A stretch of DNA of 55,633 nt, filler included, from Sphacelaria rigidula (Eukaryota): the NCBI GenBank assembly GCA_964200075.2. It is 2 parts of 2 records of this genome, joined end to end, with 100 filler letters (N's around TTAATTAATTAA, not from the genome) between each part and the next. Parts side by side here need not be neighbours in the genome. Positions count along the whole stretch, not along the records: positions 27,908 to 55,633 come from CAXNAA020000110.1; 1 more part is not named here. One strand, written 5' to 3'. Positions 47,361 through 55,633 of the stretch are shown here, in pieces. Positions within the stretch are counted from its first letter, which is position 1, and every line of letters begins with the position of its first letter. A program made the position numbers and the translations under genes. The notes under the pieces were generated by a model. It saw nothing but the letters and a program-made list of their open reading frames with translations. It searched no databases and was not told where the DNA came from.

Positions 47361-50154
47361 TTTAGTTGACGGGCGCGCACACACAATTTTCGCATATTTC
47401 ATTGTACTGTACTCTTGGACAGTCTGTCCGCCGGGACTTCCATTCCCAAGGATTGTTTCGGGAGTCGTACGTATAGGGGCGGCGCGCGTGACGGGGGGGT
47501 CGGGGGCAATGCAGATGACGTCACCACCCCCCTATCCCCCTACCCCACGAGACCGTGAGTTCAACCCTGGTTCATGCTCTCACGCCCACCCCCTACACTG
47601 AATGTGTGTGTATGTGTGTGTGCTTGGGGGGGGGGGGGAAGGCGGGGAATGCATACTGGAAGACGAATACGGTATCGTTGCGTACAGCATGGCACGTTTG
47701 ACGAAGAAACGGGGACCAGCTGCAACAGTAACAGTGCTGACAGTAGCACGGCAGTCAGTAGTACAGGTTTGTCGGGGTTTGAGGTGATCAGGGAAAATAC
47801 GTTCGGTTGTACGGAAGACGACGATGAATTCAGTCGCAGGCCAGATGCAGGGCAATTGACGTAGAAAGTATGGGGGGAAGCAAGCCTGCAGACAGTCCAC
47901 TATAGTACAACAAAATACCCTCGAATAGGTGAGAGCAACCCGTAATCCTTCTCGCTGGGTTTGGACAGGACAAGCTGGCAGATGGGGGGAAACAAATTTC
48001 TCCAGGAAAATTTCATTGAAGTGTTCCTCGGTACGGGGTATATCGCACCCCTCGGAGTTTTCTGTTTGAAGAACTTCCTTGTTCTTCCTGCTCGTGCTCG
48101 TCTTCAGCTTTGTTGGTGTCACGGACGAAAGCAACGAGGCAAGCTAACATGATGGGAACATAGCGTAAAGTAGTACTGCACAAAAACAACACCCCCTTGG
48201 ATAACAATGTCCTGCTATATGCACGCTTGGCTACTCATGTGAGTGGAGTGCTGCTCGTATTGACCCGGCAGGTCGAGCCGCATTTGCATATGTTGCAGTT
48301 TCCAGTTATCATACTTGCATTGATTGCGTGATAGGGTGAAGGGCTACCCACCGCGCTTGCACGCCGGTGAATCGCCTACGTTGTCGACCTAAGGCTATCT
48401 AAGCCGCGGGAATACAGGGGATACCACAATCATGGGTACACATGAAGCCTTCGAGACTTGCTCCAGCTAGGTCGACCATTGCGTCAAGCACACAGCGCAC
48501 GGACACGGGTTCCAAATCAGCGAGAATAATACAACGGGTGAGTGAGTACCTCAGGCCCCTTGCGGATTTGCTTGCGTACAAAACTGTGATACGAGACAGC
48601 ACACGGGTAAATCGAAGTCACCAGACCATCCGACCTGAAAGACACGCAACCAACAGACGAACGGAATTCACACTAATCACGACAACTCTTACCGAGCTCA
48701 TCTCGGCTTCAGCACTCTCGACTCCAGCGTTCTTCATTTGGGCATTCGTCCGTCCTGTGCATTGGAGAGTCCCGAGAAAGCCTTTGGATTTTCGGCACTG
48801 GGTTTTTATCCAATTGTTATAGTGTTTGGACCCTTATTTCTCTCGCCCCCTCCGTTTTCGCTGTTCTATTCTTCTCCTTTTTATATATATACACTGAGAA
48901 TATGTACATCCATCAAATTTGTATTAGATTTGTTTATGAGAGCTACCTCTAGTAATGAGATAACTCACTATTCCTATCTCCCCTCGATCACTACAGTAAT
49001 ATACTACTCATACCGCGGGTCGTACTGGTGTTCATACTAACCATGAAAGGTATATTCTTCTATACTTTCGTTATTTTCCAGCATTTTGATTTAAGTTTTG
49101 GGTCTGTTTCGCTACACTACAGAGGACTTACACCATGGGTCTCGATTGACAAAACAGTACACTCAGTGGAGCCAGCGCAGGGAATCGAATCCATACCGTG
49201 ACGGAGTAAATAAGGAGGGCTCTACTTCAGCCAACATATCAGGCTGGTGTCGGCGTCATTGTCGGTGTCGGAAGCATTCTGCTTTCAGAAAGAAACCGAG
49301 AGACAGCGCCTCCAAGCGGAGGAAGAAGCTCGCTCTCGGCTGTGTGTTCTCTATACGAGATTGATCCTGCCAGGTCGGTTCGCGTTGTCGTCTGAAACAC
49401 GAGAACAGGTGCGTATTTCCTTGTTGATAAACTTGTAGACAGGGTGTACCCGACAGGCTCTGGCGAGCATCACGGGGTCATGTATGTCCGGTGATGATCG
49501 TCCCATTTTCGTTTTGTTCATGCTCGTTGTTGACTTATCGCCGTAATATAACGGCGACACGGCGGCGGTGATGCCCTCTGTTGTAGCCAGGAAGTTTTAT
49601 TTTACTAGAGCTCGCAAAATGTGTCGGGACACAGAGGACAAAGCCTCCGCAATCTGTGCCACACACAATGACGCTGCCATCACCAACAATTCCACAGTGC
49701 GACTGATTCAAAAACCTCTCTCCTGAGCACCACCCTTGATGTCGTAGAGCAGAAAGGGCGTGAACGAGACGCGCAGGCGTGCGTATTGCCACAACCGCAA
49801 GTACACATATCTAGCTTCCGTTGTTGTCGAGTACCGTTTACAGCTTCAACTCTTTTTTCACCGTTGATGCATGCATCGCATGTTGCCGACGCACACCCCC
49901 AAATATACCCCCTCACACATTATTGACTGTTTTTCATTATTGAGTTGTTGTACTTTCCATTTCTTGCACCGAAAAAATCATTCCTTGCGATACATCACCC
50001 CCACAACTTGAGGGGGGAAAACATCCGACACGTCTCATATAGACCATGTCAACGGTCCCCCACCGACTGCAGCACATTTGGCCCCCTCAATGCTGTCAAC
50101 CTCATTACCCGCCACCCTCCGCCTCTCCTGCTCATTTCCCTCGACACGACGCAG

Positions 50155-50735
50155 TTTTGGCGCGCTTCGTGGATCCAACGAACATGGATGAGCAAGCCGG
50201 CGTCAACCTGGTGTCAAGACAGCATGACCACCACCACTTGGACTTTACTAAAAGCAACTGTACGGATGCTGCCGACCACCGTAGTCAATTTTTCTCGAGC
50301 GTTTTTGCGAGCGCTCCCGGAAGGCTGGTGATCCCCACCATAATCATGACGAGCCAGGGCGGTACCGGTAACGGCAACGGCGGGCCCGGCACAGGGGGAG
50401 GGGGCGGGGTACAACAGGCGGGACCCCATCAGGACGATACAACGATGATGGCTTTGAACTCCGAATGTATTGTTGTACCAGCGTCCGATGTTGGCGTTGT
50501 GGATAGAACCCACCGGCAAACATCGGCTAAGATGCACTCTGGGTGCCCCGAGGTTGCTGCGACTAACGTGGTTCCTGCGGCGAACGCGGTTCCTGCGGCT
50601 TCGTGCTCTCATGTTGACGATAGTGGCGACAGGGGGGCTGCAAAGAGATGTCTCGCCACCATGGCCTCTGCTTCTGGCAGCAAGGCGACGAGGGCCCCGA
50701 GGGATGTTTCCAGGACTGCTGGCAGAAGTCTTCAG
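50155..50735 (+). CDS. Possible exon of an unidentified gene (low-complexity, Gly/Ala-rich)
   Basis: Acceptor-like CGCAG|, open frame (ATG 50184), donor CAG|GTATTT; no recognisable domain and no partner exon established. Confidence 0.35.
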
Positions 50736-51422
50736 GTATTTGTTTCGGGCTTAATTGTCATGTGCATCGAATGCAAGCTTTTCTTTTCTCGTGTAGGGCC
50801 GAGACTCACCTTTCAACTCAGGCCAATCGAGGCACCGCCGCGGAAAATGGGGAAGGCGAGGGGATGGAGCGGCATATGAGGCGTGGGAAACAGTGGATTG
50901 ACAACACCTTTGAAATGTATGTACAATATCGTGAGTAGGGTCCATAAAACATTCTAGTGTTCGTTAACTGTAAAGAGCAGCATCCTTACCAACCATGAAG
51001 TCTCGAACACGGGTCACACTCGAGTTACGTCATCTAGTGGTACACTGTCAAGATTGCGATATATTCGCTCAGGAAACACAACCGACGTTTCGACTTCTCT
51101 CGCTTACTAACTAACATGAAACCTCGAAAAACGGGAGGAGGCAGGTGAGCGAGGCTACCCCTGTACTGTCTGAGTATATATTTTGGAGATTGAAGCGGAG
51201 ACAGATACTTTGCACCATCATATGATCAACCTCACAGATACATGGCATCCTGTGCACGTTTGTGGCTACTCTCTGTACAGTATACAGATACAGAGCGAAA
51301 TGCGAGCACACAAGCATAGGGCATCCACGTGTCCAAATGTGTGCCCCAGTATATAGAGCGGGCCAAAGGAGGTGGTGAGCATTGGAATAGCTGTTTATTC
51401 CTGTCAACTTCGTGCATTGTTT

Positions 51423-51648
51423 CAAGGTTGTGTTCTGTAGGGCACGTATATCATCTGAAATTCGGGTTAACGATAGTGTAGAAAGAGTGATCTATCGATA
51501 GATGCTCTTCTGAGCCATACCGAACTGTTGGAAACAGGGTTCGATAACCTGCCGAATGATGCCGAAATGTTCGGTACACGCTCTGGTATTGTCCATTACG
51601 TCAACCAAGAAAAACACTTCCGGGTATACCCCACAGAACACAACCTCG
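51423..51648. mobile_element. Shorter member (226 bp) of the hAT-like MITE family at 36648
   Basis: TIR CAAGGTTGTGTTCTGT / ACAGAACACAACCTCG; TSD decayed (CATTGTTT vs AATACTTT). Confidence 0.75.
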
Positions 51649-54600
51649 AATACTTTATGATGGTATAGCAGAATTCTGTGGATTGTTTCATGTTGGTGGA
51701 GCAGAGCGTGTTGAGTGAGTGCTGTGACTATCAACGCTCTGCGCAGTACGGCGCTCGGTGATGCCGTGTATTTTTTCACCGGAAAAGCGGGCCTCCTTCT
51801 CAGTTTTCTTGTGTCGAGATGATGGACGCGCTTTTCCGTAGGCATGAAAAGAACATCATCCAGAGATTCCTCTGCCGACAGTGTACGATCGTTAACCTAT
51901 AAAGATGGTCGGCAAGTTGATGTCGTTATGATGGTAGAGCATGGGTATTTCCAATTCAGCGTCCGCTAGTCGTGGTTGTCAGGTTGTCACATGGCCGGCG
52001 AAGTTTGTAACAGCGCTCGTTCTTCGACACTAACTTTCAGATTATTCGCACCGATGCCCTTCATGTTGAACACGTTCTACCCTATACCATGCATTGTGAG
52101 AAAGAGGCCATCCCAAATATATTCCGTCAGGTTTTGCTCCCGTACGTGGCGTGATAGACGACGGCATTCGACACAGACACGACAGTTCAACCCGTGGTGA
52201 TGACAACGTCTTCCCGCCAACTCTCCTCACTGCAGTCCGGTAGTCCAGCGTCTGGTTTGGTTTTTGGAAGACGTCTCTCTTTGATTGGCTCTCCTTCTTC
52301 TCGTTTTCTTCGCCAGGCAGATAGAGCCGTTGCTCGTCAACGGAGCGGGAAAACTTCTGCGGTTGTTTATTGTTCATACTTGTAGTTTGTGGGGGTACCC
52401 CTGAACGGTTGGCATCTATGCTATTCGTAGTACGTCGGATTTTGCTTGTGGGCAACTGGCAAGTGTTTACGGTACCGACTGTATGTGAACTTGTTACTGT
52501 CGTTGTGCAACTGACATTACTCCTTAGCTGTTGTGGGCTCGGATCAAGTGCCGTTCGTTTAGAGTCGCTCTTGTGCGTTTTATCTGGAAACCATTCACTG
52601 ATTCGTCACAAATACGTATGAGATTCACAAGATAAATGCCGGCTTGATGAATGCAATTGTATCGCTGGATGCTCATCCTTTTTTTCTTATCTTCTCTATC
52701 GTAATATAGGGAGCGACCGACCTGTGTACGTGTCGTATACTCTGCGGTACACAGTAGTAGTGCAGCACGGTAGATTGCAATGTACATCAATGCACACAAT
52801 TCTACAGTCCGTTGGGATTGAGCTCGAACCAGCATCGGTTGCCCTATATGTACCTCATGTCTGCAACCTACCACCGACCTACCTGCGTATCTGTCACCTT
52901 ACCGCAACACGATGAATGTCTAAGATGGTATATTGAGTGATCGAATGATCCTACAACTAGGCTACGTCACAACAGTCAAGCCGCTTCTGATGCTGTTCGA
53001 ACAATACCTCCTTCAGCAGAGCCTATTTTTGGCGGTTCAGGCCCGACTTATCTTGGAATACAGGGCGCAGCAGGTGGTGCTAATAGTGGGAAACACTCCT
53101 TTACTCTCCCAGTGGATTCCAGAGCACTCTCCCGGTCTGCCATGCGCTCAGCCTGACGTCTTGCCGGACAAGCGATTCCTCGAACTGTCGAAAAAACGCA
53201 TTTCGCTGATGGTTATCTCAGGCTCTCACGGGGAGTACACCAATATTTCTGAGGTGGCAAATCCGCTAAGCCGCATACTCCGGAGGAAATCTACCCTGAA
53301 CCGTCATGATAGACTTTCTGGGGAGATATACATTTCATAGCATGAGCAGGCTTAGCACCCGATTTTTTACAGAGAGGTTTTTGTAGTTCGTCAACTGAAC
53401 ATGCTGCGTACTCAAACTAGATGAGCTGTACTGTTCCAGTGTGCCAGTCCAAGCCATTGGGCAAGAATTGGGTGTAATTTCAAGCGCAAAATTGCACGCC
53501 TTCGAAGTTCCGAAGAGGCAATGTGTCTCCTTTGTCAAAAGCAAAACGGGAATCTCTGACAGTGATACTAATATATGCTCCGTTGGGAATGGTCGTGAAT
53601 CAGCATCGGTTGCGCCATGCCACAGGTGTTGCTGATTAGCGCCCTACAGACTGTCCGTACTACACGCCCCAATGAGCTTTGATCACTGTCGAGGCATAAT
53701 CGTCTCGCAGGAGCCTCCCCATTACTCTCTACTGCACTGTCGATTTATATCCTGGTTTCGAGTGGTTTGGTCGCAAGGCAGTACGGTGCAGTTTGTAGCG
53801 CGGGCAGTCTGTGCTGAGATGTGCCCACCTTGAGCGTGGAGCTTCGACTGCAGACATTAGTCTACGGTCGTCTGGAAACCTCACGTCTCTTGTATTCGGA
53901 CACTGAATTAACCCAGAGATTCCAGGGGTGCACGAAATGAAATAGTTCTGCTGCGCGCCAGCCCACTTGTGTGTAACCTTATTGATTTGATGTCGACCCG
54001 GCTTGGTGTGGAGCCTCCGACGTGTTCGCCAATGCACGCACAAGGTCTAGGGTGTTGAGGTTGTGGGCAACGTGCTCTTGCGTATAGGGTTCGCGTTCGG
54101 GTCGAGACACGTGTTGCAAAACCCTTACAGTATGAGGGATGCGGGATGCGGCTTGCCCACAGCCTTCAATCACCACACCAGTCGGTACAGTACAGCCAGC
54201 CAGTTGTAGTAGCGTATGCATGCAAACAACGGGAAGCGTCATTACAGCGGGCGGGGGGGAGGGGTTGCTCTGTATCATGGTTTTGTTACTGGTGATTTTC
54301 AACCAATTGGCCACCACTAGGTGGGTTGCTTCTGGAGTTGACACGATTTTTGTTTGAAAAATGGGTTCGAAACCCGGGTGACCAGCAGTCAAAGAGTTAC
54401 TGTACTTCATTCGACGTGAAGTCAGTAAGGTTATTAGAAAGAGGCCTCATTTCAAATCCTGGAGTGCTCGATAATTTCTGTTCCGAGAATCCGGCCTGGC
54501 GAACGCGCGGATATTTTGAGCATGGTAATTGTACGCGTTGATGACCTCTTTGTGGCCTCTTCCCCCGAAATCATACCGAAATATATAGATATAGTATGAA

Positions 54601-55557
54601 TATTCTTTTTTTGATGATGACAAATGTAACTTTACTCAAGGGGCCCCACATCGGGAAATTAAAGCACCAGGGCTGCCCCCCCCTCCCCCACTCCAAGGGG
54701 TCGAGAATGAGGAAATGACCACACCAGCTGTGTAAAAATCTTATTCTTCCCGTTTCTCAACAAATATATAGAATTAAACGATCAATCGCATCCCCTAGGG
54801 TCCTCCTCGACATGAGCAACCCAAAACCGAGGAGTTTTGGTGGGTCAGTCGTTCTTGTGGCCGCAGGGGAGCAAATTCGCTAGTTGGATGATGACTTTGG
54901 AGTCGCGATGATCGCTAGATAATGAGTATTGATTGCGCCAGCTTCGGCGAGACCGGCGGTCACCGACGTGGTACTTCCGCCAAGCTGCTGTAGTGGTACG
55001 CCCGCCATGCTGAGGAGAGCGGTGTACGACGAGTAGTTCTTTGCTGCTACCGAATGATATGTAAAACCTTGTGCAACATACATGCTGTGCTCGTGATGTA
55101 ACCTGACTTCGGCATTACTAACCGGCATGGCAATCTTATGATAATCTTTGAGTATATTAATCAATTATAATTATTTATTTGGTTGTTGACGGTTGGTTGG
55201 TTGGTGCATAGAATTTTATTTATCGGACAAAGGGAAGACAATATATGCAAAGTATGTGAATTTTATATGGTCACGTAGTTTGTCCGCGTTTGAGCAGACA
55301 GCGACGTTCATCCAACGTGCATCTCTACATGTCGTCATCATACTGCACTGCAACACAACACATGGATAGGTTGCAAAGGGAATGTTTTACTACTATTTAT
55401 TATTTATTACTTATTATTTAGCATTTATGTTGTTTATCGTTTATTATTTATTTTTATTATTGTTGATTATTTATTTTTATTTTCATTATCTCAGTACAGT
55501 AAGTACTATCGCCATCATCAAACGATCAGGAGGGGCACCCCTCATCACAATTGGGGT

Positions 55558-55592
<35 letters not shown>

Positions 55593-55633
55593 CCGTTTGG
55601 GGGGGGGCCCCCCCAGGGGGTGGGGGCGCGTGG

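Noticed and set aside
49165..49245. Functional tRNA gene ending in CCA on the minus strand
   Set aside because: D and anticodon arms do not form convincingly; more likely a decayed SINE head
51492..51660. FCGVY as a Ulp1 catalytic Cys motif in ORF 51492..51845
   Set aside because: It is the translation of the hAT MITE terminal inverted repeat (same DNA at 36648 and 51423)

Overview
Eukaryotic, intron-rich and repeat-rich genomic DNA. The ~50% GC, multi-kb GT-AG introns, G/C runs and low-complexity exons suggest a brown alga or other stramenopile; this is an inference. The window appears to be two contigs joined by an artificial 100-bp linker (44 N + TTAATTAATTAA + 44 N, 27808-27907). The left part holds a complete 5-exon + strand gene (3243-19210, ~771 aa) with an IQ motif and a PLC-type PH domain split over three exons, then a probable long 3' UTR and an internally deleted Ty3/Gypsy retrotransposon. 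The right part holds a - strand LysM + TLDc (OXR1/NCOA7-like) gene with at least 6 exons (47360 down to 29569). Its TLDc domain carries a ~129-aa low-complexity insertion and its last exons are missing at the contig end. The introns contain many non-autonomous DNA transposons (hAT-like with 8-bp TSD, PIF/Harbinger-like with 3-bp TSD, piggyBac-like at TTAA). Two of these are nested insertions whose empty site is visible elsewhere in the window. There are also tRNA-derived SINE-like repeats and decayed unidentified ORFs. Most ORFs in the supplied track are spurious. I found no CRISPR array, rRNA or prokaryotic operon. I cannot claim a new biological system; the best leads are the LysM-TLDc architecture and splice site, the IQ-PH protein, and the MITE families.
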